A stretch of 63,585 nucleotides of DNA, filler included, from Octopus bimaculoides (taxonomy: Eukaryota): the NCBI RefSeq assembly GCF_001194135.2. It is 5 parts of 5 records of this genome, joined end to end, with 100 filler letters (N's around TTAATTAATTAA, not from the genome) between each part and the next. Parts side by side here need not be neighbours in the genome. Positions count along the whole stretch, not along the records: positions 41,738 to 62,189 come from NC_068984.1; positions 62,290 to 63,585 come from NC_069002.1; 3 more parts are not named here. One strand, given 5' to 3'. The stretch's first letter is position 1, and every line of letters begins with the position of its first letter. Positions 51,932-63,585 of the stretch are shown piece after piece. The notes below the pieces were generated by a model. It was not told where the DNA came from. It searched no databases and worked only from the letters and a program-made list of their open reading frames with translations. The position numbers and the translations under genes are program-made.

Positions 51932-54760
51932 TCTATAATTATAAAAGAGAGTTTGTATGTGTGTACGTATGTTCCTTATGCATTCCAAAACTGAGTTGCT
52001 GATTTTAACATACGGGTTTTCAAAAGATTCAGTACTATTTCCACTACCAACTAAACTTTATTTTCATTCACATATTTCTATTACAAAAATTTTAAATTAT
52101 TATCTTTTCCATAACTCAACTATTATAAGCATTTTATACGATGATGACGACATATTTTCTATATGAGTGTGTATCCTAAAAGACGTCCATCATTATGATA
52201 CACACCTTCACTCACTCACTCTCTCTCATGCACATACACACGTCCATTTCATATACACGTACATACATCTTATTTTTACAGAATGACCGAGTGAAATGCA
52301 GAATGAGAAAAAGACAGAGAGACCAGAGAAAGAAAACAAGTTTCTATAGAAGTTTAAAGATGGATAGCAAGTGGGAGACAGATGCTGATGTTTCATACCC
52401 TATGTATGTTCTATAGTTGAAAGTGAAAGAAAGCCAGCACAAAATTGATACTGTATGTTCTATAGGTGAAGGTGAAAGAAAGAGGTACAAAGGAGGGGGA
52501 AAGCGGTAGAGAAGGGGGTGCTGAGAACCTCAGAAATGAGTTTGTGTCGTACAATTTTAAGGTCATTTTCACTTTCGTCCCATGTTTCATGCATGCATAG
52601 AATTAGGCATTATCTTTCTCATTCAATTTCTCATTCTAATGTACGGATACCTTCTACTGTTAACATATTACAACTTCACTACATTTTCTTCCTTCGGAAT
52701 TAAGAAGGGTATGCAAAAATAACTTCCTTTGGCACACACACACAGAGTTAAAGTTCTGAATGAATGAATTATGTTATTTTTTGCTGTGTGCCAAATTACA
52801 GCTCAAATCCTATGGAAATTACCTTTTCCTATTCTGTCATTCCTGTTTGTGAGGAGCATATTTCAAAACCTGATCTTCCATTTAAACTTACAAGGAAGTT
52901 ATCTCAGAAACTGTCATTTACCTGTTGTTTCTAGCATGTCTGAGATGACATTTGCATACCCCCCCCCCATACACACAGACACTTATTTTTTTCCTCGATT
53001 TACTCACATTCCTATGTTTTCCATACAGGAGATTTGCATTTTGTCCAAGAGTGGGTAGCCAATAGGTGGCCAAGATGGGGGAATGGACATTCAGTATTTC
53101 TTTCAGAAAAATTAAATTTTCAAAAACAAATTATATTTCCCACATTTGTAATCTCTGTACATAAAAAACAAAATTAAAAAAAACAGTTAAAAATTAGGAA
53201 ATTTTTCAGCGGGGAGTGGGGAAATTATAATTTTGAAAACAAGATTTCTGGCCAAAATTATATTAACCCTCTTTTTATTCCATGAAACAGTACATAGTTT
53301 GTGATCCTTCTTAAGAACATAAATCACTTTAATGCAAATTGTACCCCCGCTTCACTTCTGGACAAACAATAACTTCCATTAAGCCAGTAATCCACTCCAC
53401 TATATATCAGCTAAGAGAATGTATTACGCTTATCAAGACAGAGTATAGCCAAATCATTCACAGTTTACCGCTTTTTCTCAAAACGACGGTATACAAATTG
53501 ACATATGCATTTTCCAACATCTTTTCATTCGTTACTAAAAAATCAAATTGTATAATGCACAACTTCAAATTGCTATGTCTTCCATCTTGTATATTCCTTA
53601 ATCGTTTGCTCTTTTCAGCCATGTCACCAAAACAAAGACATTCTCATTTATTTCTGCAAACAAGGGCCACAAAGAAAACTGCCTCTATTCGTGCTCAAGA
53701 AAACTCACTCTAGCTATGCCCAAAGGTGTAATATTTGGAAACGATCACCAATGGCGGAAGTTCTGCTCTAAACAACACTTATTGTCTGGGATTAATACAC
53801 GATGGCACACCACTGTGCACTAGAGGCCCAAGATAGGTCACTAAGAGATATTAGAATAAGTACTACTGTTGGGGGATGGGGCTTAACTGTTGTCCTCGCA
53901 GGGGATTTCTGTCAAATATTACCAATCATACCACGGGGTACGCGAGGTGATGACATCCATGCGTGTCTGAAGTTTTCATCTCTGTGCAGGTTTGTTCGTC
54001 AGTTTCCATTAAGCAACAATATGCGAGCTCATCTCTACAACGACCCCTTAGAAGAGGAATTCTTTCATCAACTTCTACCAATTGGAAATGGCACTTTACC
54101 ATTGAATAACACCCTGCAACAGCACGTACTACAATGTGGGCACATGGTGTCTACATTGGCCCAGCTTAAAGAAAAGGTATTTCCCACATTGCAAGATAAC
54201 TTCAAAAACATAGCATGGTTCGCACCTTGGAATTAAAGTGTTGATAAAATAATCCATGAACTCCTCCACATTCTACCTGGGGATGCTTCAATGTTTGTCC
54301 CCATTGATACTACCATCAATGAACATGCCATTGTTGACCATCCAGTTGAATTTCCCAACTCTCTACAACCCACAGGACTGCCACCACATTAGTTTTTCCT
54401 AAATAAAGGTGTACCGAGGAATTTCAACCCACCACGGCTATGTAATAGTACAAGATTGACTGTAACTACAAGCAACCATTATTGCCAGCTGTCATCGAGG
54501 ACAAATCGCATACATTCCATGCATGCTCCTTATTCACTCAAATGTGTCATTTCAATTGAAGAGCCACCAGTCCCCAGAGCAATTATGCTTCACTATAACA
54601 ATCAGCAAAGCCCAAAGTCAAACTTTAAAAATTGTGGTTCTCAATTTACAAATACCCTGCTTTTCTGATGAACAACTATATATCGCATGCTCTCGAGTTA
54701 GCAGTGCAGATGACTAGTATAGTTTACCCAGAAGCATTGTTGGCTTCACTTAACATATGT
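51932..54760 (+). mobile_element. Helitron remnant: putative 5' TC terminus and PIF1-like helicase fragments at 53600-54720
   Basis: A|TCTATAATTATAAAAGAGAGTTTGTATGT resembles a Helitron 5' end. HCALEA.DRSLRDIR, VVLAGDFCQILPIIPRG, ITISKAQSQTL and QLYIACSRV are helicase motifs. The link between terminus and helicase is inferred. Confidence 0.7.
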
Positions 54761-55141
54761 TGAAGTGTGCAGTCTGCCCAAACATTAGAGATGATGCGTT
54801 TCACAATGAAGCAGTTTTCTTTCCATGTACCTTACTTTATGCAATACGGATACCTCTACGTCCTCATATGTCATCCAATTCTTTAAATCCATAAGTCTAG
54901 GTAAATCTGGGGGCATTAGGATTTCCTTCTAATCTAAGCTGCCATTCTGCATGTCTTTGGTGTCAACAATTTCAGTATTATTAATCACAAAATGACCGAA
55001 AAACATGTTTATAAAGAAGAGTTGTTTGCTTCAAACTCTTCATGTGCTGATTCTACCCACATAAGAAAGAAACAAATAATACAATGTTGTTGTAGGTCAT
55101 AACACCCAGTCAACACCGAGATGCATTGTTAGTGTGTATAT

Positions 55142-55434
55142 ATCATCATCATCGTTTAACGTCCGCTTTCCATGCTAGCATGGGTTGGACGATTTGACTG
55201 AGGACTGGTGCAACCAGATGGCTACACCAGGCTCCAATCTAATTTGGCAGAGTTTCTACAGCTGGATGCCCTTCCTAACGCCAACCACTCAGAGAGTGTA
55301 GTGGGTGCTTTTACGTGTCACCTGCACGAAAACGGCCACGCTCGAAATGGTGTCTTTTATGTACCACCCGCACAAGAGCCAGTCCAGGGGCACTGGCAAC
55401 GATCTCACTCGAAAACCCTACAAGGCCAGTCAGG
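55142..55434 (-). mobile_element. 3' end of the same RTE family as 47645-51891
   Basis: Reverse complement of 51640-51891, including the (GAT)n tail. Confidence 0.92.
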
Positions 55435-56408
55435 NNNNNNNNNNNNNNNNNNNNNNNNNNNNNNNNNNNNNNNNNNNNNNNNNNNNNNNNNNNNNNNNNN
55501 NNNNNNNNNNNNNNNNNNNNNNNNNNNNNNNNNNNNNNNNNNNNNNNNNNNNNNNNNNNNNNNNNNNNNNNNNNNNNNNNNNNNNNNNNNNNNNNNNNNN
55601 NNNNNNNNNNNNNNNNNNNNNNNNNNNNNNNNNNNNNNNNNNNNNNNNNNNNNNNNNNNNNNNNNNNNNNNNNNNNNNNNNNNNNNNNNNNNNNNNNNNN
55701 NNNNNNNNNNNNNNNNNNNNNNNNNNNNNNNNNNNNNNNNNNNNNNNNNNNNNNNNNNNNNNNNNNNNNNNNNNNNNNNNNNNNNNNNNNNNNNNNNNNN
55801 NNNNNNNNNNNNNNNNNNNNNNNNNNNNNNNNNNNNNNNNNNNNNNNNNNNNNNNNNNNNNNNNNNNNNNNNNNNNNNNNNNNNNNNNNNNNNNNNNNNN
55901 NNNNNNNNNNNNNNNNNNNNNNNNNNNNNNNNNNNNNNNNNNNNNNNNNNNNNNNNNNNNNNNNNNNNNNNNNNNNNNNNNNNNNNNNNNNNNNNNNNNN
56001 NNNNNNNNNNNNNNNNNNNNNNNNNNNNNNNNNNNNNNNNNNNNNNNNNNNNNNNNNNNNNNNNNNNNNNNNNNNNNNNNNNNNNNNNNNNNNNNNNNNN
56101 NNNNNNNNNNNNNNNNNNNNNNNNNNNNNNNNNNNNNNNNNNNNNNNNNNNNNNNNNNNNNNNNNNNNNNNNNNNNNNNNNNNNNNNNNNNNNNNNNNNN
56201 NNNNNNNNNNNNNNNNNNNNNNNNNNNNNNNNNNNNNNNNNNNNNNNNNNNNNNNNNNNNNNNNNNNNNNNNNNNNNNNNNNNNNNNNNNNNNNNNNNNN
56301 NNNNNNNNNNNNNNNNNNNNNNNNNNNNNNNNNNNNNNNNNNNNNNNNNNNNNNNNNNNNNNNNNNNNNNNNNNNNNNNNNNNNNNNNNNNNNNNNNNNN
56401 NNNNNNNN

Positions 56409-56439
<31 letters not shown>

Positions 56440-56443
<4 letters not shown>

Positions 56444-56600
56444 TCTCTTTTACTCGTTTCAGTCATTTGACTGTGGCCATGCTGGAGCACTATCTTTAGT
56501 CGAATAAATTGACCCCAGGACTTATTCTCTCTAAGCCTAGTACTTATTATATAGGTCTCTTTTTGCCGAGCTGCAAAGTTACGGGGACGTAAACACAGAC
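56440..56600 (-). mobile_element. SINE 3' half
   Basis: Reverse complement of the 32985-33165 SINE tail. Confidence 0.8.
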
Positions 56601-56661
56601 ACAAACACATACATTTATTACATTATTTATATTTGACGGATATTTGTCCTCATCTTGTTTG

Positions 56662-56708
56662 TTGTTAACACAATGTTTCGGCTGATATACCCTCCAGCCT
56701 TCATCAGG
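56662..56708 (-). ncRNA. Second hammerhead copy with a helix III point change
   Basis: Minus strand reads AACAC-CTGATGA-A-GGCTG..CAGCC-GAAA-CA-TT-GTGTT. A CpG-type G>A change destroys the AACGTT palindrome. Confidence 0.6.
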
Positions 56709-56783
56709 TGTTTTGGGGAAATTTCAAACCTGGGTTCTCATTCCTAGGGTATTTTTCGATGCTGTTGTTGTTATTATTATTAC

Positions 56784-56827
<44 letters not shown>

Positions 56828-56980
56828 TCACTGCCTGGAATAGAACTCGGAATCTCGGGGTTAGTAACCCGTGCTCTTAACCCCAAAACTCCGAGTTTGA
56901 TTCCAGGCAGTAACCTGAATAATAATAATAACATCGAAAAATATCTTAGGAATGAGAACCCAGGTTGGAAATTTCCCCAA

Positions 56981-57026
56981 GACACCTGATGAAGGCTGGA
57001 GGGCATATCAGCCGAAACGTTGTGTT
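56981..57026 (+). ncRNA. Minimal type I hammerhead ribozyme with intact core
   Basis: Helix I GACAC/GTGTT, CTGATGA, extra A, helix II GGCTG/CAGCC, GAAA, helix III reduced to the palindrome AACGTT. Predicted cleavage after GUU (57021). Confidence 0.75.
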
Positions 57027-57299
57027 AACAACAAACAAGATGAGGACAAATATCTATCAAATGTAAATAATTCCTCATCTCTTAAATACAGNNNNNNNNN
57101 NNNNNNNNNNNNNNNNNNNNNNNNNNNNNNNNNNNNNNNNNNNNNNNNATATATATATATATAAATGTAGCGTACACTTGAGTGAAGTTCTTCTCCTCTC
57201 TATTACATATACACACATACGAACATAGTAGATAACAGCTAGCCTTTGGCCGCATTTTGGACCCTGTTGTGTCCACTACTCTGATTGGCGCAATTTGTC

Positions 57300-58050
57300 T
57301 CTTGCTCTATCGCGCACCAATATGCAACCCAACCAATCACAGCCTTCAAATAAGGTCACGTATGACAGACTGATTTCTACCTCAGCTGAGCCTACAACTC
57401 CTTATAAAAAAACCTAACTTTTCCTTGTCTCGATGTCTTTGGTTTCAAACCTTTTAAGGTCTAGCCACTGATCACACAAGACACCGCCAGTTCCGGTGAC
57501 AACACAACAGCAGCCACGTGGGACTCACCACTCCATCTCTATCGCCACCATTCATCCTAACATCAACATCTCTCTACGTATTTGCCCAGGTTACAACACT
57601 GCACTGTTCGTGAACTAATTCACCATGGATCAACAGCAAATATACAACCTGCGAGAACTCCTGTACCAAGTGACCCATGCAGCAACATCACAGCCACAAC
57701 TTCACGTGCGACATGTACTGCAACCGACTCTGCCTCATCGCCACAACTTCTTGATACAGTATTTCAACTATCATGTTTAATTGACTATGAACTGGTGTTT
57801 ATCATTCTTGTGTCTATGAACTTACTCCTCACTTCGATGGCTGTAGACTCTTTCACTGTCTCTCCTTCATCGCCATCTTTATATGTTGTTAACACACATA
57901 CGTCTATGCTTACATACACAGGCATACATCTTATTCTTATGACAGCCTGTCTATTATTCTGTATATATGATATACACAATCAGACATGTTAACATATCAA
58001 TAAATCTTCTCTTAAACATTCTACCTGGTTGTGTCTCTTATTTCTCTCTG
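57300..58050 (-). mobile_element. Possible highly decayed PLE endonuclease and 3' region
   Basis: Only weak spacing similarity to GIY-YIG C-terminal motifs across frameshifts, plus a degenerate hammerhead-like sequence at 57435-57482 (-). Confidence 0.3.
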
Positions 58051-58175
58051 GCACATATATGCATTGTTCTATTTATATTTATTGTATTGACCGTGTGATG
58101 TACTAAGAAGCCATTCTTATCCCCTCGCTTCACACGGACATCACAAATCGGTGACCCATTCCAAAACAATTATAA

Positions 58176-59477
58176 TGGAAGAAGGAGATACTCCACAGGT
58201 ATCTAAACCTTCATGTTCATTATTTATACATAAGCCCTTTTAGTAACCACCCAAGGTCAATCACCAGTAATTTAGTTAAGAGTATTTCACTTAGACTTTC
58301 TAAACTTTCCTCTAACTCCCACATTTTCAATAAAGAGGCTGACTTTTATAATTCAGCCTTATTGAAGGCAGATTACAAAGACAAAGTAAGACACATTAAT
58401 TCATTTAGTGATCTTTCAACATTTGTACAGCAAGATATTAGCACTACCAGCAGGGATAAATTCAATTCTATTTCTTCCCCTTCTTCTCACTTTAATGAGA
58501 AAGAGGCACTTACTTATAATCGTTCACATAAAAGAGGAGGCTTAACCGGCTCTAAACACCTTAATAAAAACAAAAAACTTAAATTCTTTAGCAATACCTA
58601 CACTGCACCTAAATCTGATGACAACATCTGGTTCATCGTCCCATTTGGGAAACAAGTTAAATCCAATTTGGTTTTGCAGTTCCGCGACGCGGTGAATCAG
58701 AACTTTCCTAGGGATTCTCACTATTACCCAATCATCAACACACATAAGGTTAGATTTGGGTTTTCTAATACAAAAAATATGCTACAAATAATTTCTTCCC
58801 ATAATTTTAGACTTTTAGATTCGCATCTAGACAGCTATACCAATTATGATAATAATAGTAATGATAATAATAATAATAATAACAATTACTCCAGTAATAC
58901 AACACACTCCTATGGTAGCAATAGTTATTTAGACAAAAATATAGGTAATAAGTACAACATTAGTAAATATAACAATAACTATCACAACAATAAGATTAGT
59001 ATCTCGGAATCTAATTGTAATAGAATCAAGTTTATGAGTGTGAATGCTAGGACCAAAAATGTGGTCTATCAATGTAAGGTAACGACTAACACAGAGGTCT
59101 TGCATTACATAGGTTGCTCTTCTTTGCAGGTATCTAGGAGAATCTCTAACCATTACTCAACTTTTAGGGATAGGAATAAATATAATAGTACCGGTCTTAG
59201 TAAGTTAATCTGGAAACTTAAGAACTGCAATAAGCAATTCTCTTTAGAATGGTCAATACTGGCTACCTCAATACCCTACGACAAGGGTAAAGATTTTTGT
59301 CCTCTCTGTAATTTGGAGCTATTCCACATTCTGTTCTCCAAGAATAATTTAGTGAACCGGATAACAGAGAGCATACAGATGCCAGCATTGGAAGAAACAC
59401 ACATTCAGCTCGTTTCATTCATTTCATCCTTTTTATTAATTTTAGTTACTTTTTTTACCTACCAACATACTCACTAG
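58176..59477 (+). mobile_element. 5'-truncated Penelope-like ORF (RT thumb + Asn-rich linker + GIY-YIG)
   Basis: Open frame from 58176: SNHPRSI..NLVKSISLRLSKLSSN, NVVYQCKV..HYIG..RRISNH and EWSIL..CPLCNLE. A late frameshift near 59365 moves CQHWKKH out of frame. Confidence 0.9.
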
Positions 59478-59519
59478 TTAACCGCCACTTTACATGTGGT
59501 ATGTACTATCACCCCACTT

Positions 59520-61816
59520 TGTATTTATTGTTATTAAATTTAGGTAATAAATCTCCTCCAGGCTAGACCACAAACCTATAACGATATTAATAAAGAAGCT
59601 AGTAATATCGCCGCCAGACTCAAATTAGATTAAAAAAAATAGTGGTCCTCCCCCACAAAAAAGCCCTTTATAACTATCAAAGACCATAAAGAGAACTTCC
59701 TATCCAATCCTAAGTGTAGGCTTATTAACCCAGCTAAATCAGAGCTTGGCATTATTAGTAAAGAAATTTTAGGGAAAATCAATGTGGAAGTCAGGAATGC
59801 CACTAGGTTAGTACAATGGTCTAATAATATAGAAGTCATTGACTGGTTTAAAGCTATTAAGAATAAGAATAATGTGAGATTTACGCAGTTCGATATTGTC
59901 GATTTTTATGCTTCTATCTTCAAAGAACTGCTAGAAAGCCCTTACCTTCGCAAGCGGATTTATAGAAATCAGTACACAAGATAAAGTCATAATTTTCCAT
60001 GCTAGAAAGACTTTACTCTTCAGCGAGAACGCAGAGTGGGTCAAGACTACCGATACAGAGGGTACTTTCGATGTAAGCATGGGGGTCATATGATGGAGCA
60101 GGCATATATTCGATCTTATTGGACTATTCCTACTAGATACGTTGTGCAAGACTTTTCCTAACGAACACTTCGCAATTTATAAAGATGATGCTCTAGCTTT
60201 AACTGCTAATACCAATGGACCAGCACAAGATCGGTTGATGAAAACCTTCGGTCTTAAGCATAACTACAGATACCAACCTGACGGTTGTCAACTACCTAGA
60301 TGTGTCCCTAGATCTAAATAAGAATATTTATAAACCTTATAGGAAGTCCAACGATAGACTTAGTTACATCAATGTGGGTTCCTGCCATCCCCACATAGTG
60401 TTTAAAAATTTAGTTAAAAACATTAGCAAAAGAATTTCTAGCCTCTCCTCCAATAGGGACATTTTTAATAGCATTGCCCCAGTATATAATAAGAAGGCTC
60501 TAAAAGATAGTGGTTTTAACGAGGGAATAACCTATACACCTACCACGAGTCCAGTAGCAAAGAGAAGAAAGCATAGGAATAGGAAAATCATCTGGTTCAC
60601 ACACCCCTACTCACCCGAAGTGACCTTTAATAAAGGCAGATATTTCTTGGCATTGATAGACAGACACTTTCCAGTTAACCATATTTATAGAAAGATCTTC
60701 AACAGACATACCTTAAAAATCAGTTTCAGCTCAACTGCTAATTTTAAGAACATAATCGCACACAACACACAAAAGCCGCAATATGCAAAGATAAAAACTT
60801 GTGCCCGCTAAATGGAGCTTGCATGTCCGAAACCATCATTTATGAAGCCACCGTAAATTCTGTATCCACTAAGGACGTAGTTTCCACGAAGAAATACGTG
60901 GGCCTCACGGAGGGTAATTTCAAGGCCAGATTCAATAATCACACTTTGAGTTTCAGGCACTGGGACAAAAGAAAAACGACAAAATTATCCAGTCATATAT
61001 GGTCTTTAAAAGATAAAGGTGTCAGTTACAACATCCATTGGAAGATCCAAGCCAAGTGTAAACCTTACACCAGCGGCAGCGGAAGATGCGGTCTATGTGA
61101 TATTGAAAGATGGCTCATCTGGAGAGGCAGCTTAGACCCCACCACATGTCTAAATTCAAAGACTGAACTTTTCGGATCATGTCCACATGTGACCAAATAT
61201 TTGCTACGTTTTTGGTCCTCCTGAGTTTACTGATTGGACTTGCTTTCTATTTTTGTATCTATCTATAAGCTTTTTATCTCTCTATAATTATTACTTACAT
61301 TTCTTATATATTTTTTTATATTTTTACTGATAGGACCTGCTGATGGGACTGTACTGATAGGTTTCTATATTGTCTATGTATAAGCTTTTCACCTTTTTTA
61401 CCTGGATTTTATATTTTTTAATATTCTTAATTATTTTTATGGTTTTTACATAATTATAGGATTAATGTTTTAGTATTTTTCCACACATATTTTTGTTTTC
61501 TGCCCTCCAAACTTTTTTCCTGTATGCTTATAGACACGTACAAGGAACTTTATATGTGCGTGCTTGTGAGTGTGCGCGTGGATGCATGCGTATGTAGATA
61601 TATGTGTGCGTATATAGAGATATGTACGTGCGTATATGGATATATGCGTGCATGGAATAATATACGCAGTTTTAGATGCGTTTTGACCTTGTCACTACAC
61701 AGTAATTTCCCTTTGTTTATAACGGTCATTTTTCACAGGAATTTTCAATTGACCGGATAACTGAAGAGATGTTGGCGTGGGCTCCCACCCTGGCATCCGA
61801 AACTCGGAGTTTTATT
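59520..61816 (+). mobile_element. Penelope-like element (RT + GIY-YIG + 3' region), frameshifted
   Basis: FITIKDHKENF..NPKCRLINPAKSELG, FTQFDIVDFY, FDVSMG, YKDD, YLDVSLDL, IIYEATV..KYVGLTEGNFKARFNNH and CGLCDIE..CPH. Confidence 0.93.
61756..61816 (+). ncRNA. Type I hammerhead ribozyme candidate of a second family
   Basis: Helix I GATAA/TTATT, CTGAAGA, extended helix II GATGTTGG/CTGGCATC with an internal GTGGG/CCCAC hairpin (one unpaired C before GAAA), GAAA, helix III CTC-G-GAG, and a GUU triplet. Confidence 0.65.
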
Positions 61817-61819
61817 ATT

Positions 61820-62189
61820 ATTATTACTATTATTGCTATTATTATTATTATTATTATTATCTGTATCAAGAAGAGATGGCCTACCAAGACCAAGGAAAGA
61901 AATTTTCTGGTCATATCCAGCTTTAGACAAAGCCACATTATAGTAGTTTGAATTAGAATTAAATATATCAATAATAATAATAATAATAATAATAATCATA
62001 GATGTTATAACAAGCCTAATAACTTAAGTAGTAATAATAATGGACCAAATAAAAAGCAACCCTATATGCCTAAAAATTTAACTAATAAGAAAAATAATAA
62101 AGTACATTTTAATAGTAGACTACATGCTAACACTAGTAATAAACCTGTGTTAGTATCTAGTAATGGCGAAACTAATAATATAAATAAAA
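61820..62189. mobile_element. Inverted PLE thumb fragment (-) joined through (AAT)n to an Asn-rich linker-like frame (+)
   Basis: Minus strand IFNSNSNYYNVALSKAGYDQKISF matches IFNKEADFYNSALLKADYKDKV at 58330-58390. Plus strand 61970-62189 is open and Asn-rich. Confidence 0.55.
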
Positions 62190-62289
62190 NNNNNNNNNNN
62201 NNNNNNNNNNNNNNNNNNNNNNNNNNNNNNNNNTTAATTAATTAANNNNNNNNNNNNNNNNNNNNNNNNNNNNNNNNNNNNNNNNNNNN

Positions 62290-62436
62290 ACAGGTACAAC
62301 TAATTTTTATCAGCTGAGTGAACGGGAGCAAAGGGAAGTAAACTGTTTTACTCAAGAACACAACACACTGGCGGGAATCGAACTCGCGGTCTTTCTATCG
62401 TGAGCCGAATACCCTTACCAGTAAGCTACGCGACTT
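62290..62436 (-). mobile_element. tRNA-derived SINE head
   Basis: Minus strand GCGTAGCTTACTGGTAAGGGTATTCGGCTCACGATAGAAAGACCGCGAGTTCGATTCCCGCC contains A and B boxes. Confidence 0.7.
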
Positions 62437-63585
62437 CTTTTCGTTTATTTACAGTTTAATCCACTAGAATCCAGCTTTCTAAAGCTTGCACTTGCGACAC
62501 AGCACGTATTTAATCTTTAGGCAAAATGACTGATTAATGTGATATTACTGCAAGTAAATATATAGTGTGTCCGTGTGACCCATTCTTAGAGGGGTCAAAC
62601 ATCTTTCGAGGCATGGTCCTACACCTTAACCACATGATCAAATTCTGTTATCTGATCAACGATTGAGGCCTTCGACAAATAACACCATCCCGGGTCAGAG
62701 CAAATCTGAAACTCGTGTTGACTAAGAAAAAAACTCCGTTCACCCCAAAACTTCTGCTGTCGAAAGCGTGAATCTCAGTTCCAGATACAGTTAAATGCCT
62801 TTCACAGGACAATGGAAGCCATCACGAGAGACAAATCATTTAGGAGCGGGATCGAATCCTAAGACGAAATTTATGGCTGCGTAACACAAGGCGTCTAAAA
62901 TCGATTAAATGCAGAGAGGTAAATAAAATGGGGTGGAATTCATTAAAATTCAATTCACATAAAGCCATTATTTCAGTCACCTCATTCTTCATGTCAGCCA
63001 ATCAGAAGCAGAATAGAAAACGAAAGAGGTACGAAGTAGAAAATGCAAAAACAAACAAACACAATACCTAACGGATACATACGAATGTGTTCGTTGACGT
63101 ACATACACAGTTACTTACATGCAAACACAATAATCATGACGTTATTACAGTATTTGATGATGAGGTCAGAGCAACATGCGACATCGATGAAATGAACTTA
63201 GGGGGAAAAAACAACAACAACAACAACAACAACAAAAATACAAATAAACTAATGCCATGTTTCCCAATCATCATTAAACAAAGAAAGGAGAACAACGAAA
63301 TGACGTGTAACTTGTAAGCAATATGGCAGAAGAGACAAAAAAATGACAACAGAAAAAAACGCCGTGTATTTTCTAGATCTCTTTTTCTAAATATCTATGT
63401 TTTCTCAACACATTCACACAAACATACACACACATACGCATACACTCGTATATACACACACAAATATCATAAATATACTTTTGTTTATAATTATCTTTCC
63501 AGTCACAATTTCGTCATTATTGCTGTGGCTGTGCCCATATTACCCGTGTATATACTTGTGCGTATATATATATATATATATATAT

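Larger units (their letters stand above)
56620..57091. mobile_element. ORF-less head-to-head fold-back of the tRNA-head + hammerhead PLE terminal repeat
   Basis: Left arm 56620-56882 (-) and right arm 56878-57091 (+) are both homologous to 21595-21815. They are joined through a shared TAACC. Confidence 0.88.

Noticed and set aside
3120-56610. Long ORFs in the track made mostly of X residues
   Set aside because: They run through N gaps and carry no coding evidence.
58362-61224. Domesticated host GIY-YIG or RT gene
   Set aside because: 5' truncation, frameshifts, no splice signals and typical PLE context indicate transposon copies.
11846-63349. Short ORFs of YI/CV/HT/poly-Y/poly-N/poly-L composition
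   Set aside because: They are translations of (TA)n, (TG)n, (CA)n and (AAT)n microsatellites.

Overview
Repeat-dense animal genomic DNA, probably a coleoid cephalopod such as Octopus. That assignment is inferred from the SINE, RTE, Penelope and microsatellite landscape and is not proven. About 6 kb is N. Four artificial 100-bp spacers (44N-TTAATTAATTAA-44N) split the window into five blocks whose adjacency may not be real. Only one host coding exon is supportable: 31368-31546 (+), a signal peptide plus LRR N-terminal cap ending in a phase-2 GT donor. The rest is mostly decayed mobile DNA: L1/Tx1-like, RTE, R4/Dong-like and CR1/L2-like LINEs, many Penelope-like elements (PLEs), mariner and maT transposons, two Helitron remnants, MITEs, tRNA-SINEs and microsatellites. 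The most interesting signal is a PLE family whose terminal repeat contains a tRNA-like Pol III head (A/B boxes) followed about 110 nt later by a minimal type I hammerhead ribozyme with a palindromic helix III. It occurs attached to a GIY-YIG ORF (21010-21815) and as an ORF-less head-to-head fold-back (56620-57091). A second, different hammerhead lies at 61756-61816 behind another PLE. Element boundaries are read by eye and are approximate unless stated otherwise.
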